NCBI GenBank assembly: GCA_038736825.1
Contig: JAVYME010000001.1
Coordinates: 76,933 to 140,932 of the forward strand
Direction: 5' to 3'
Source of the DNA: Candidatus Iainarchaeum sp.
GTDB lineage: Archaea > Iainarchaeota > Iainarchaeia > Iainarchaeales > DTGL01
DNA length: 64,000 bases
Part shown: positions 54,831-64,000 of the stretch, in pieces
Layout of the letters: every line of letters starts with the position of its first letter
Numbering within the stretch: position 1 is the stretch's first letter
The notes under the pieces: model-generated
Told to the model about the DNA's origin: nothing
Seen by the model: the letters and a program-made list of their open reading frames with translations, nothing else
Databases searched by the model: none
Made by a program: the position numbers and the translations under genes

Positions 54831-55571
54831 ATGGATTTTCGCGAAATTCAAGGGCTTCTTGCAAGACTGGGTTTGACTGAATACGAGTCAAAAACCCTTA
54901 CAAGCCTTTTAAGATTGAACGAGGCAAAAGCGCCGGACATAAGCAGGGAAGCACAAGTGCCAAAAACCAGGGTTTACGATGTATTGGACAGCCTGGTGGC
55001 AAAAGACCTAATAATAGAAATCCAAGGGCGCCCTAAAAGATACCGTGCAAGAGAACCAGACAAGGTTTTCTCAGAATTGCTTAACAGCAAAAAGCAGGAA
55101 ATAAGAGAGCTTGAAAACGAAACAGCCAGCCTTCAAGCAAAAATAGGTTCGGTTTTTTCCGAAGATGAAGTCGGAGAAAAAGTATTGAAAGTAAAAGAAC
55201 CACAAGACTTTGTGAGAATCCTGGCACAAGAAATCAGCAAAGCCAAGAGCTCTGTAATAGCATTCACAGAAATCACTCCAAAACAGGCAGTGCTAAGGAA
55301 CGCAATCGCCCAAGCAAAAGCAAACAAAGTAAACGTGAAAATGTTGCACGCCTTGGACGAAACAGACATTAGCAAAATAAAAGAACTCGGCGTTGAACTA
55401 AAAAAATCAAAACACGGCCTTGAAGCATTCATTATAGACGGAAAAAAGCTTGTCATGGCATTAAGCGATTTCAGCAAGGCACAGCCAGAATACCATTTTG
55501 CAATCTGGACAGACGCTCCAATCATAGGACCGCTAAACGACCATTTCTCAAAGCTCTGGAATGCAAAATAA
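54831..55571 (+). CDS. TrmB-family transcriptional regulator (wHTH)
   Basis: LGLTEYESKTLTSLLRLNEAKAPDISREAQVPKTRVYDVLDSLVAKDLI is a TrmB N-terminal wHTH. The start was moved to the internal ATG; the track start at 54756 adds an implausible hydrophobic leader. Confidence 0.75.
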   Translation: MDFREIQGLLARLGLTEYESKTLTSLLRLNEAKAPDISREAQVPKTRVYDVLDSLVAKDLIIEIQGRPKRYRAREPDKVFSELLNSKKQEIRELENETASLQAKIGSVFSEDEVGEKVLKVKEPQDFVRILAQEISKAKSSVIAFTEITPKQAVLRNAIAQAKANKVNVKMLHALDETDISKIKELGVELKKSKHGLEAFIIDGKKLVMALSDFSKAQPEYHFAIWTDAPIIGPLNDHFSKLWNAK

Positions 55572-55623
55572 CCAGAAAAAACCCCTTTTTAAACTATTTC
55601 TGCAATCTTTAGTTTGAAGTAAG

Positions 55624-57288
55624 GTGTTTTTTGTGGGCTTGGAAGAACAAGCATACAAGTATGCAGTGAAAAACGCGTTTTTGCACGGCGGAAAAGCAGA
55701 CGCAGGCGCAGTAGCAGGCAAGCTCAAGGCATTGAATCCCGAAAAAGAAATGAAAGAGCTAGCGCTTGCTGCACAAAAAGCAGTGGCTACAGTCAATGCA
55801 CTGCCAAAGGCAGAACTTGAATCAGATTACAAAAAATTTGAAGCAGAAGGCTATGAATTGAAACCAAAAGAAAAAACCGAAGGGCTGGCAGAACTTGCAT
55901 GGGCTGAAAAAGGCAAGGTTATAACAAGGTTCGCCCCAAACCCGAACGGCCCAATCCATTTGGGCTCTTCAAGAGCAGCAATACTAAGCCATGAATACGC
56001 AAGAAAATACGAAGGCAAATTCATACTGAGATTTGATGACACTGACCCGAAAGTGAAAAAACCAATGGAGGACGCAGAAACAGTTTTCAGAGAAGACCTG
56101 GAATGGCTGGGCTGCAAAATAGACAAGCTTTTTTTCGCCTCAGACAGACTGCAAATCTATGAAGCATACATGGAAAAACTCTTGAAAAAAGGCCATGCTT
56201 ATGTTTGCACTTGCCGCCCAGAAGAATGGCGGGAAAAAATAAAAAACGAAAAAGCCTGCCCTTGCAGGGATTTGCCGCCAACCGAACAAATGGAAAGATT
56301 TGAAAAAATGCGCTCTCACAAGTTCAAGGAAGGACAAGCAGTCTTGCGCATTAAAACCTCGTTATCACACAAGGATCCAAGCGTGAGAGACTGGTGGGCT
56401 GCAAAAATAGTTGACAGGCCAATTCATCCGAGAGCAAGCGAAACACAACATGTTTGGCCGAGCTACAATTTTGCATCCGCAATTGACGACCACGAAATGG
56501 GAACAACGCTAATCATAAGGGGGCAAGAGCACGCTCAAAACGAAACAAAACAAATGTTTTTGTACAATTATTTTGGCTGGGAGTACCCGCACACTTTTTA
56601 CACTGGCAGGGTAATGCTTGAAGGCGCAGTATTATCCACTTCAAAAATAAAGGAAGGAATAGAAAAAGGCGAATTTATTGGGTGGAGCGATCCAAGGCTT
56701 GGAACAATAGCCTCACTGCGCAGGCGCGGCTTTCACCCAGAAGCAATTCGCAAAATAATAATAAGCATTGGCACAAAACCAAATGACACCACAATAACCT
56801 GGGACCAGCTTGCTGCAGAAAACCGTGAAATCATAAAAGACGAAGCCGAAAAAATAAAGGTATTGGAAAAGCCCTTCAAACTTGTAGTGGAATACGCTCC
56901 AGAAAAGAAAATAAAGTCAGAATTCGGTGACGTGGTATTGCACGAAGGACTCCAAGACTTTTTTGTTGAAAAAAGCGCAGTGGAAAAAAGCGCGGGCACA
57001 ACCATAAGGCTTAGAGAAGCATATAATGTTAAAATCAAGAAAGTCAGCGAACTCCAAGCAATAGGCGAATACGCTGGCGAACAAAAAATTGAACCAATCG
57101 TGCCATGGATTTCTGAAGGAATAGAAATCCATGTTATTCTGCCAACAGGCAAAAAAATCACCAAGATAGCGGACACCCGCATAATGTCAAAAAACATTGG
57201 CGACAGGGTTTACTTGGACAAAATCGGTTATTGCCGCATAGACCGCAAAGAAGAAAAAAAAGTAGTGGCTTGGTTCACTCACAAGTGA
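55624..57288 (+). CDS. gltX: glutamyl-tRNA synthetase (archaeal/eukaryal type Glu/GlnRS family)
   Basis: Class-I HIGH region FAPNPNGPIHLGSSRAA. 554 aa. GTG start. N-terminal ~100-aa appended domain. Confidence 0.88.
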   Translation: MFFVGLEEQAYKYAVKNAFLHGGKADAGAVAGKLKALNPEKEMKELALAAQKAVATVNALPKAELESDYKKFEAEGYELKPKEKTEGLAELAWAEKGKVITRFAPNPNGPIHLGSSRAAILSHEYARKYEGKFILRFDDTDPKVKKPMEDAETVFREDLEWLGCKIDKLFFASDRLQIYEAYMEKLLKKGHAYVCTCRPEEWREKIKNEKACPCRDLPPTEQMERFEKMRSHKFKEGQAVLRIKTSLSHKDPSVRDWWAAKIVDRPIHPRASETQHVWPSYNFASAIDDHEMGTTLIIRGQEHAQNETKQMFLYNYFGWEYPHTFYTGRVMLEGAVLSTSKIKEGIEKGEFIGWSDPRLGTIASLRRRGFHPEAIRKIIISIGTKPNDTTITWDQLAAENREIIKDEAEKIKVLEKPFKLVVEYAPEKKIKSEFGDVVLHEGLQDFFVEKSAVEKSAGTTIRLREAYNVKIKKVSELQAIGEYAGEQKIEPIVPWISEGIEIHVILPTGKKITKIADTRIMSKNIGDRVYLDKIGYCRIDRKEEKKVVAWFTHK

Positions 57289-57374
57289 AACCAGCACTTG
57301 CATAAAACAGAAGGAGTGGAAAAAGAAAAAAACAACAGGAATCTTTGCCAGCCCATCTTTCCAAACAAAAACCA

Positions 57375-57489
57375 AAAAACCGGTTTTTAACCCAAACAAT
57401 CACCCTTTTAAAGGGTTTCTTGGCATTTTATATCAGTAAAATCATCGCTTTTTTTCAAGCCGATGACCAAAACAAAACCCAAAGGGTTT
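57375..57489 (+). promoter_or_regulatory. cluster of three palindromes/hairpins in the L7Ae 5' leader
   Basis: AAAAACCGGTTTTT (57375-57388), CCCTTTTAAAGGG (57403-57415) and AAAACCC-AAA-GGGTTTT (57473-57489), followed by GGAGGTG and the ATG. Confidence 0.35.
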
Positions 57490-57504
57490 TATTTGGAGGT
57501 GTAA

Positions 57505-57870
57505 TTGATGGACTTCAATGTTCCAGACGGAGTAATGGCTGAGGCCCTCGCAGTCCTTGCAAAAAGCAGGGAAAAAGGAAAAATAAAAATTGGCGTAAAC
57601 GAGGTCACCAAAGCAGTTGAAAGAGAAGTTGCAAAACTTGTCCTGATAGCGGAAGACGTGGAACCAAAGGAAATAGTAATGCACATTCCACTAATCTGTG
57701 ACGAAAAAAAAATACCCTATTGCCCGGTGAAAACCAAAAAAGAACTGGGAGAAAAAGCAGGCATTGAAGTGGGAACAAGCAGTGTGGCAATAATTGACCC
57801 TGGAATGGCAAAAAAAGAACTTGCAGATTTGACAAAAAAAATCTTGGAACTCAAGGGCGCAAAGGAGTGA
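57505..57870 (+). CDS. rpl7ae: ribosomal protein L7Ae
   Basis: [29 protein letters not shown]...[27 protein letters not shown]. Confidence 0.92.
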   Translation: MMDFNVPDGVMAEALAVLAKSREKGKIKIGVNEVTKAVEREVAKLVLIAEDVEPKEIVMHIPLICDEKKIPYCPVKTKKELGEKAGIEVGTSSVAIIDPGMAKKELADLTKKILELKGAKE

Positions 57871-57874
57871 TTGC

Positions 57875-58081
57875 ATGGAACAAGGAACCCCGGCAAAAGT
57901 AGTTGAAATAGTCAAGAGAACAGGCGTGCAAGGAGAAATCGTTCAAGTAATGCTGGAAATAATGGACGGCCCGGAAAAAGGCCGCGTCAAAAGGCGCAAT
58001 GTAAAGGGCAACGTGCAAAAGGGAGACATAGTGATACTCTTAAGCACTGAAAGAGAAGCAACTGAAATAAAAGCCCAATAA
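57875..58081 (+). CDS. rps28e: ribosomal protein S28e
   Basis: [56 protein letters not shown]. Confidence 0.92.
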   Translation: MEQGTPAKVVEIVKRTGVQGEIVQVMLEIMDGPEKGRVKRRNVKGNVQKGDIVILLSTEREATEIKAQ

Positions 58082-58134
58082 AAAAAATTCCAAGCAACAT
58101 CAAAGCAAGCGGAATTTTTTAAAGAGGTGATAAG

Positions 58135-58350
58135 GTGAAGTGCTCTTTTTGCGGAAAAGAAATATTGGATGGCACCGGCACAATGTTTGTTTTCAGGACT
58201 GGAAAAAGATACCATTTTTGCTCCAAAAAATGCGAAAAAAACATGCTAAAACTCGGTCGCAAGCCATCCAGACAGAAATGGACAGAATTGGGCAGATCAG
58301 AGCGAAAACCTGAAAAGGCAAGTGCAGACAAAAAGAAAAAAGGTGACTGA
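58135..58350 (+). CDS. rpl24e: ribosomal protein L24e
   Basis: VKCSFCGKEILDGTGTMFVFRTGKRYHFCSKKCEKN. GTG start. Confidence 0.9.
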   Translation: MKCSFCGKEILDGTGTMFVFRTGKRYHFCSKKCEKNMLKLGRKPSRQKWTELGRSERKPEKASADKKKKGD

Positions 58351-58355
58351 AAAAA

Positions 58356-58793
58356 ATGCAGTTCAAAGTCAAAGTTCAAAAAACCTGTGCTTGGGCAAAA
58401 CTCCCAGAAATGGCACACAAGGGCGATTCCGGCTTTGACCTTTTTGCAAGCGAAACCGTTTTATTGAAACCAGGGGAAAGAAAACTGGTTGGAACAGGAT
58501 TGAAAATGGAAATGCCTGAAGGCATAGAGGCACAAGTAAGGCCTAAAAGCGGGCTTGCAATAAACTATGGCATTTCAGTGCTCAATTCGCCTGGAACTGT
58601 TGATTCAGGATACCGTGGCGAAGTGAAAGTAATTCTTGCAAATTTTGGGGAAAAAGATTTTTTGGTTGAAAAAGGCTCAAAAATAGCACAAATGGTTTTT
58701 GCAAGAGTGGAATGCCCTGAATTTGAAGAAACCCTGAAATTGAATGAAACCAAGAGAAGCAATGGTGGTTTTGGCTCAACCGGCTTAAAGTGA
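58356..58793 (+). CDS. dut: dUTP diphosphatase
   Basis: AHKGDSGFDLFA...RPKSGLAINYGISVLNSPGTVDSGYRGEV matches trimeric dUTPase motifs. Confidence 0.88.
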   Translation: MQFKVKVQKTCAWAKLPEMAHKGDSGFDLFASETVLLKPGERKLVGTGLKMEMPEGIEAQVRPKSGLAINYGISVLNSPGTVDSGYRGEVKVILANFGEKDFLVEKGSKIAQMVFARVECPEFEETLKLNETKRSNGGFGSTGLK

Positions 58794-58799
58794 TTAATT

Positions 58800-60557
58800 A
58801 TGATGATAAGGGAACCGATTATTTCGGTGTTAGGCCATGTTGACCATGGCAAAACAACTTTTTTGGACAAAATCAGGGGCACCACTCTGGCTGAAAGAGA
58901 GGCTGGCAGGATAACCCAACACATAGGCGCAACAGAAGTGCCAATTGAAACCGTAAAAGAGCTCAGCGGTGAACTCATAAAAAGGTTTGGCTTTCAATTA
59001 AACATTCCAGGGCTTTTGTTCATTGACACTCCAGGGCATGCTGCCTTCACCAACCTGAGAAAAAGAGGCGGTTCAATTGCAGACCTTGCAGTGCTAGTAG
59101 TGGACATAACCCAGGGATTCCAAGAACAAACAGTTGAAGCAATAGAAATACTGCGCTCTTACAAGACACCCTTCATTGTTGCAACAACAAAAATAGACAA
59201 GCTCAGGGAATGGAATTCAAGGGAAGGCTCTTTCATTGCAAACCTTAAAAGGCAGGGAGCGCAAGCAGAACAAGAATTGAATGAAAAAATTTACGCTATT
59301 GTGGCATCACTCTTCAAGCACGGCTTTGAATCCGAAAGAGTTGACTTGTGCGCGGATTTCACCAAACAAGTGCCAATAGTTCCGGTTTCAAGCGTTTCAG
59401 GGGAAGGCATTCCAGAAATCCTTGTCCTATTGGCAGGCTTAAGCCAAAAATTCTTGAAAAAAGAGCTTGAAGTTCTGGAAAGCGAAGAAATGAAAGGCAC
59501 AGTCCTAGAAGTAAAAGAGGAAAAAGGCTTTGGCACAACAGTGGACTTGATACTTTACAGTGGAACCCTTCACACTGGCAGCGAAATAGTGTTAGGCGGA
59601 AAAAACGGCATCATTAAAACAAAAGTCAGGGCTCTCTTGAAACCAATGCCGTTAGAGGAAATGCGTGACACGAAAAAAAAATTTTTGAAAGTGAAAGAGG
59701 CTGTTGCCGCTTGCGGAGTCAAGGTTGCAGCACCAGGGCTTGACGAAGCGCTTGCTGGCTCGCCAGTAAGAGTGCCATCTGAAAAAAAAGACGTGGAAAG
59801 CGAAATACTAAAGGAAATAGACTCAATAAAAGTCAAGGGCACAAGCGGAATAGTGATAAAGGCAGACACATTGGGATCTCTTGAAGCACTCACTAGGGTT
59901 TTCTCTGAAAAAAACATTCCAATAAAAAAAGGCGATCTTGGAAGCATAACAAAACACGACATCCTTGAAGCACACTCTGTAAAAACAAAAAACCCATTGC
60001 ACGGTGTTGTCATTGGTTTCAACGTTGAAACCGAGCACCACGCAACAGAGGAAGCAAAAAGGCTCGGCGTAAAAATATTTTCAGAAAAAGTCATTTATTC
60101 GCTCATAGAAGCATACTTGAAATTTGTTGAAGAGGAAACACAAAAAGCAAGAGCGGAAAAAGAAAAAAAACTGGCATTCCCTGCAAAATTTGTCTTCCTT
60201 AAAGGATTTGTCTTCAGGAGAAGCGATCCCGCAATTTTTGGCGTCAAAATCCTTGCCGGAAAACTCAAACCCAATGCAAGAATAATGGATTCATGCGGAA
60301 GGGAAATTGGAAAAGTCGAATGCCTGCAATGCAATGGCAAAAACCTGCAAGAAGCACGAGAAGGTCAAGAAATAGCGCTTTCCCTTTCAGGAGGCATAAT
60401 CGGCAGAAACTTGAAGGAAGGCGATATTCTGTTCACAATAATACCTGAAAACTCTTTCGGGGAACTGCTCTCGCTCGACCTAAGCGAAAGCGAGTGCACT
60501 CTATTGGAAGAAATAAAAAAGATATGGCAAAAAGAAGCAAAGGAGGCGGTTGAATGA
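58800..60557 (+). CDS. infB: translation initiation factor aIF5B (IF-2)
   Basis: PIISVLGHVDHGKTTFLDKIRGT, DTPGHAAF and TKIDK. 585 aa. No intein. Confidence 0.95.
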   Translation: MMIREPIISVLGHVDHGKTTFLDKIRGTTLAEREAGRITQHIGATEVPIETVKELSGELIKRFGFQLNIPGLLFIDTPGHAAFTNLRKRGGSIADLAVLVVDITQGFQEQTVEAIEILRSYKTPFIVATTKIDKLREWNSREGSFIANLKRQGAQAEQELNEKIYAIVASLFKHGFESERVDLCADFTKQVPIVPVSSVSGEGIPEILVLLAGLSQKFLKKELEVLESEEMKGTVLEVKEEKGFGTTVDLILYSGTLHTGSEIVLGGKNGIIKTKVRALLKPMPLEEMRDTKKKFLKVKEAVAACGVKVAAPGLDEALAGSPVRVPSEKKDVESEILKEIDSIKVKGTSGIVIKADTLGSLEALTRVFSEKNIPIKKGDLGSITKHDILEAHSVKTKNPLHGVVIGFNVETEHHATEEAKRLGVKIFSEKVIYSLIEAYLKFVEEETQKARAEKEKKLAFPAKFVFLKGFVFRRSDPAIFGVKILAGKLKPNARIMDSCGREIGKVECLQCNGKNLQEAREGQEIALSLSGGIIGRNLKEGDILFTIIPENSFGELLSLDLSESECTLLEEIKKIWQKEAKEAVE

Positions 60558-60982
60558 ACATAGTCTTAAGCGATCCAAAAAGCGGAAAAGCATATTCAAA
60601 AAAAATAGAGTCTGTTGCATTCATGGGAAAAAAACTGGGTGAAACAGTTTCACTGGAAACAATTGGATTGAAAGGCTACAAGGCAATAATAACAGGCGGA
60701 AGCGACAAAGATGGCTTTCCAATGAAACCCTCAGTGGAAGGACAATCCAGAAAAAAAATCTTAATGTCAAAAGGCATAGGCATAAAAGGGCTTAAAAAAG
60801 GCGAAAAGCGCAGGAAAAGAGTGAGAGGAAACACTGTTGCAAAAGACATTCACCAGCTCAACCTCAAAATAACAGAATACGGTCCAGAAAGCCTTGCCGA
60901 AATATTCAAAAAAACCGGCGAAGAAAAAAAAGAAGAAGCAAAAGATGAAAAAAAAGCAAAAAAAGAACCAGCAAAAGAATAA
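60554..60982 (+). CDS. rps6e: ribosomal protein S6e
   Basis: NIVLSDPKSGKAYSKKIE...GYKAIITGGSDKDGFPMKPSVEG. Confidence 0.88.
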   Translation: MNIVLSDPKSGKAYSKKIESVAFMGKKLGETVSLETIGLKGYKAIITGGSDKDGFPMKPSVEGQSRKKILMSKGIGIKGLKKGEKRRKRVRGNTVAKDIHQLNLKITEYGPESLAEIFKKTGEEKKEEAKDEKKAKKEPAKE

Positions 60983-61002
60983 AAAAAATCAACAGAGAAG
61001 GG

Positions 61003-62355
61003 TTGCCTTTGAAGGAAAAAAAGGAAACTGCAAAAACCAAAAAGCCAAAACTGCAAAAAAAAACAGCGGAAGCAGAGCCATTGCACGCAAAAAAAAAGCA
61101 CACAAAAGAGGAAAGCAAAAAAACACCACCCCATGAAAAGCCAGCAAAAACAAGCACTGCCTTGGAAAAAGAACCATTGCAGGCAGAAATAAACATTGGC
61201 ATGATAGGCCACGTTGATGCTGGCAAAACAAGCCTGGTTGAAGCACTAACAGGGCAATGGGTTGACACTCACAGCGAGGAATTAAAGCGAGGCATTTCCA
61301 TAAGAATAGGGTATGCTGACACTTCCTTTTACCATTGCCAGAAATGCTCCTTAAACTTTTCAATAAAAAACGAATGCCCGGCATGTGGCGCAAAAGGCTC
61401 CTTTCTTAGAAAGGTTTCATTTGTGGATGCACCAGGGCATGAAACCCTGATGACAACAATGTTGAGCGGAGCTGCAATGATGAACGGCGCCATACTAGTG
61501 GTTGCTGCAAACGAGTTTTGCCCGCAAGCCCAAACCATAGAGCACTTGAACGCAATGAAGATTGCGGGAATAAAAAACATAGTTGTGGCACAAAACAAAA
61601 TAGACTTGGTGGACAAAAACAGGGCACTGGAATCCTACAAAGAAATACAAAAATTCTTGAAAGAAAACAATTATGAAGGCTCACCAGTAGTGCCTGTTGC
61701 AGCCCACTCAAAAGCCAACATCAGTGCACTCATAGAGGCAATACAGCAAACAATGCCATCCCCAGTGCTGGATCCATTAAAACCAGCAAAAATGTATTGC
61801 GGGCGATCCTTTGACGTGAACAGGCCTGGCACCAAGCCAGCTGACTTGAAGGGAGGCGTTCTCGGAGGAACCTTGCTCCAAGGAACAATCAAAAAGAACG
61901 AAATCATTGAAATTGCTCCAGGGTTTAACGGCAAAAAAATTGCAACCAAAGTGTTCAAAATAAATTGCGCTAGCGGAGAGCTTGAAACAGCCAAACCAGG
62001 GGGATTGATAGCAATAGAAACCGGCATAGACCCAAGCCTTGCCCAAAACGACCAGTTGAAAGGGCAAGTGATAGGAGCCCTTGGCTCTCTTCCAGAACCT
62101 ATAAGCACTCTCAAACTCGAAATTGAATTTCTCAAAAGACAGGCTGTTGAAGCAGTTCCAGAAATAAAAACAAACGAATCAATTGTGCTCACAATTGGCA
62201 CAATGACAGTAATGGGCACAGTCATAGAAGCCAAGCCTGGTTCAATAACAGTATTGTTGCCTCGCCCTGTTATTGCTGAAAAAGGACAACAAGTGGCAAT
62301 AAGCAAAAAGGAAAAAATGAAGTGGAGGCTGATTGCCTTTGGAAGAATGGAATAA
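61003..62355 (+). CDS. eif2g: translation initiation factor 2 subunit gamma (aIF2gamma) with ~60-aa K-rich N-terminal extension
   Basis: INIGMIGHVDAGKTSLVEALTG, DAPGHETL and NKIDL. Zn-ribbon CQKCS...CPACG. Confidence 0.9.
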   Translation: MPLKEKKETAKTKKPKLQKKTAEAEPLHAKKKHTKEESKKTPPHEKPAKTSTALEKEPLQAEINIGMIGHVDAGKTSLVEALTGQWVDTHSEELKRGISIRIGYADTSFYHCQKCSLNFSIKNECPACGAKGSFLRKVSFVDAPGHETLMTTMLSGAAMMNGAILVVAANEFCPQAQTIEHLNAMKIAGIKNIVVAQNKIDLVDKNRALESYKEIQKFLKENNYEGSPVVPVAAHSKANISALIEAIQQTMPSPVLDPLKPAKMYCGRSFDVNRPGTKPADLKGGVLGGTLLQGTIKKNEIIEIAPGFNGKKIATKVFKINCASGELETAKPGGLIAIETGIDPSLAQNDQLKGQVIGALGSLPEPISTLKLEIEFLKRQAVEAVPEIKTNESIVLTIGTMTVMGTVIEAKPGSITVLLPRPVIAEKGQQVAISKKEKMKWRLIAFGRME

Positions 62356-62719
62356 GGTTGCCCTTGACACCAGCATTCTACTGTCAATTCCAGAAAACGG
62401 AGCGCAAGTCTTTGAGGGAATAACAGAAAAACTGGGCAAAACAGAATTTTTTGTCACTGAAAGCGTTTTGCGGGAACTTGAAATATTGAAGCAAAAAAAG
62501 GGAAAAAAGCAGGAAATCGCAATAGTGGAAAAAGCACTTAAAGCCAACAAAGTAAAAAAAATAGGCAACAATTATGCAAATGCAGATGACTGCCTTGAAG
62601 AAAAAGCCAGGAACGGCTTTATTGTGGCAACAAGCGACAGAGAGCTTAAGAAAAGAATTAAAGGCTTTGGTGGAAGGATTATTTATTTAAAAAAAGGAAA
62701 GCTAATTGAAACTGAATGA
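62333..62719 (+). CDS. PIN-domain protein (conserved aIF2gamma-neighbour PIN nuclease)
   Basis: VALDTSILLSI... and ...IVATSDRELKKRIKGFGGRIIYLKKGKL show PIN-domain acidic residues. Conserved position before rpoE. Confidence 0.7.
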   Translation: MPLEEWNKVALDTSILLSIPENGAQVFEGITEKLGKTEFFVTESVLRELEILKQKKGKKQEIAIVEKALKANKVKKIGNNYANADDCLEEKARNGFIVATSDRELKKRIKGFGGRIIYLKKGKLIETE

Positions 62720-62736
62720 CAACAGGTGGAAGCCAA

Positions 62737-63384
62737 ATGTTTGAAGTTGTAAAAATAAAGGACACTGTGAGAGTGCCCCCTGAAAAATTCGGAAAAGACA
62801 TGCCTGAATCCCTAGTGAAACTCACCCAAGAAGAATACGAAGGACTATTAGACGAAGACCTTGGAATAGTGGTTGCAGTAATAAGTGCAGTCAAAAGCGG
62901 TGAAGGAAAGGTTGTTTTAGGGGATGGAGCAGCATACTATAAAACCGATATAGAATTGCTGGTCTTTAAACCTGAAATGCACGAACTAGTGGAAGGAAAG
63001 GTAAGCGAAATAACCGAATTCGGTGCATTTGTCGGAGTCGGTCCAATGGAAGGCTTAATCCATGTAAGCCAGATAATGGACGAATACTTGAATTATGATT
63101 CAAAGGCAGCGTGCTTTACTGGAAAAGAAAGCAAAAAAAAGCTAAAAGTGGATGACCGCGTTCTTGCAAGGATTGTGAGCATAAGCTTGAAGGGAACATT
63201 GCAGGATTCAAAGCTGGGGCTTACAATGAGACAACCCTTTTTGGGAAAAGATGCATGGATAGAGCAAGAAATAAAAGACACAAGAAAAGGCAAGCCCAGG
63301 AAAAGCGAAAAACCAGCCAAGGCAAAAAAACCAGAAATTGAAAAACAGGCAAAAAGCGAAAGAAGAGAGGGTGGAAGAAGATGA
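62737..63384 (+). CDS. rpoE: DNA-directed RNA polymerase subunit E' (Rpb7-like, S1 domain) with K-rich C-terminal tail
   Basis: MFEVVKIKDTVRVPPEKFG... and the S1-domain VEGKVSEITEFGAFVGVGPMEGLIHVSQI. Confidence 0.88.
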   Translation: MFEVVKIKDTVRVPPEKFGKDMPESLVKLTQEEYEGLLDEDLGIVVAVISAVKSGEGKVVLGDGAAYYKTDIELLVFKPEMHELVEGKVSEITEFGAFVGVGPMEGLIHVSQIMDEYLNYDSKAACFTGKESKKKLKVDDRVLARIVSISLKGTLQDSKLGLTMRQPFLGKDAWIEQEIKDTRKGKPRKSEKPAKAKKPEIEKQAKSERREGGRR

Positions 63385-63578
63385 CATTCAAGGGAAAAGC
63401 CTGCAGGAATTGCAGAAAAATAATAGAAAAAGGAAAGGACTGCCCTGTCTGTGGAAGCACTTCCTTTACAACATTTTGGCGTGGTTATGTGGTAATACTG
63501 GATCCGCAAAATTCAGAAATCGCGCAAAAAATGGGGGTTTCAACAATTGGAAAGCATGCTTTACGGCTTAGCAGGTGA
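63381..63578 (+). CDS. spt4: transcription elongation factor Spt4 / RNAP subunit E''
   Basis: KACRNCRKIIEKGKDCPVCGSTSFTTFWRGYVVILDPQNSEIAQKMGV. Confidence 0.9.
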   Translation: MTFKGKACRNCRKIIEKGKDCPVCGSTSFTTFWRGYVVILDPQNSEIAQKMGVSTIGKHALRLSR

Positions 63579-63585
63579 GAACAAA

Positions 63586-63933
63586 ATGGATTTAAGAATA
63601 ATCAAAGAAAAAGAAGACAGTTTGCTTAAAAGAACAGAAATAGATTTTGAAATTGAGAACGCCCAGAAAACCCCTGCAAGAGCCGAATTAAGGAAAAGGA
63701 TTGCTGCACTCAAAAACGCAAGGGAAGAGCTTGTGTCAATTTACTGGGAAAGACAGTGCTTTGGCGAGCACAAAGCAAAAGGAAAAGCATTCGTTTATTC
63801 AGACGAAGGAACATTCAAGCTGGTTGAACCAAAATTCCTTGCTGAAAGGGAAAACAAAGGCGGAAAGAAAAAAAAGGAAAAAAGTGAAACCCAGACAGAA
63901 AAAAGCGAAGCAGCGGAAAAAGGTGAACAATAA
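63586..63933 (+). CDS. rps24e: ribosomal protein S24e
   Basis: Internal ATG start gives MDLRIIKEKEDSLLKRTEIDFEIENAQKTPARAELRKRIAALKNAREELVSIYWERQCFGEHKAKGKAFVY. Confidence 0.85.
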   Translation: MDLRIIKEKEDSLLKRTEIDFEIENAQKTPARAELRKRIAALKNAREELVSIYWERQCFGEHKAKGKAFVYSDEGTFKLVEPKFLAERENKGGKKKKEKSETQTEKSEAAEKGEQ

Positions 63934-64000
63934 TGGCTGAAAAAGGAGAGAAAACTGGAAAAAAGCAAAAAAAGAAAAAGGCAAAAATGAAAAAATCCGC
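63934..64000 (+). CDS. 5' end of a following ORF (possibly ribosomal protein S27ae); truncated by the window end
   Basis: MAEKGEKTGKKQKKKKAKMKKS... Lysine-rich N-terminus directly after S24e, where S27ae usually sits. Confidence 0.3.

Overview
This 64 kb window is a low-GC, lysine-rich archaeal chromosome segment. Reduced gene content, K/E-rich extensions on core proteins and many secreted proteins suggest a DPANN-type lineage. It is dominated by conserved informational-gene clusters, nearly all on the + strand with short or 4-nt overlapping junctions: (1) rpoH-rpoB''-rpoB'-rpoA'-rpoA''-L30e-nusA-S12-S7-EF2-EF1alpha-S10; (2) L3-L4-L23-L2-S19-L22-S3-L29-SUI1-Rpp29-S17-L14-L24-S4e-L5-S14-S8-L6-L32e-L19e-L18-S5-L30-L15-secY-DUF106-L34e-cmk(like)-L14e; (3) S13-S4-S11-rpoD-tRNA-Leu(intron)-L18e-L13-S9-rpoN-S2-Memo, then trmB-like, gltX, L7Ae-S28e-L24e, dut, aIF5B, S6e, aIF2gamma, PIN, rpoE', spt4, S24e. 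An accessory island of about 19 kb (14.2-33.6 kb) sits between the S10 and L3 clusters. It encodes mostly secreted or membrane-anchored surface proteins with PKD, FN3-like, vWA and Cys-rich modules and Thr/Pro linkers. Two of these paralogues share a nearly identical C-terminal tripartite sorting signal. Two adjacent giant type-I membrane proteins share a conserved cytoplasmic tail. The island also holds a GT-C-type glycosyltransferase-like membrane protein, a UbiA-like fusion protein and a COG1373 AAA+ ATPase, and it separates archease from RtcB. The island is the most likely place for an undescribed cell-surface or host-interaction system. All calls come from reading the supplied translations and sequence by eye; no database searches were run.
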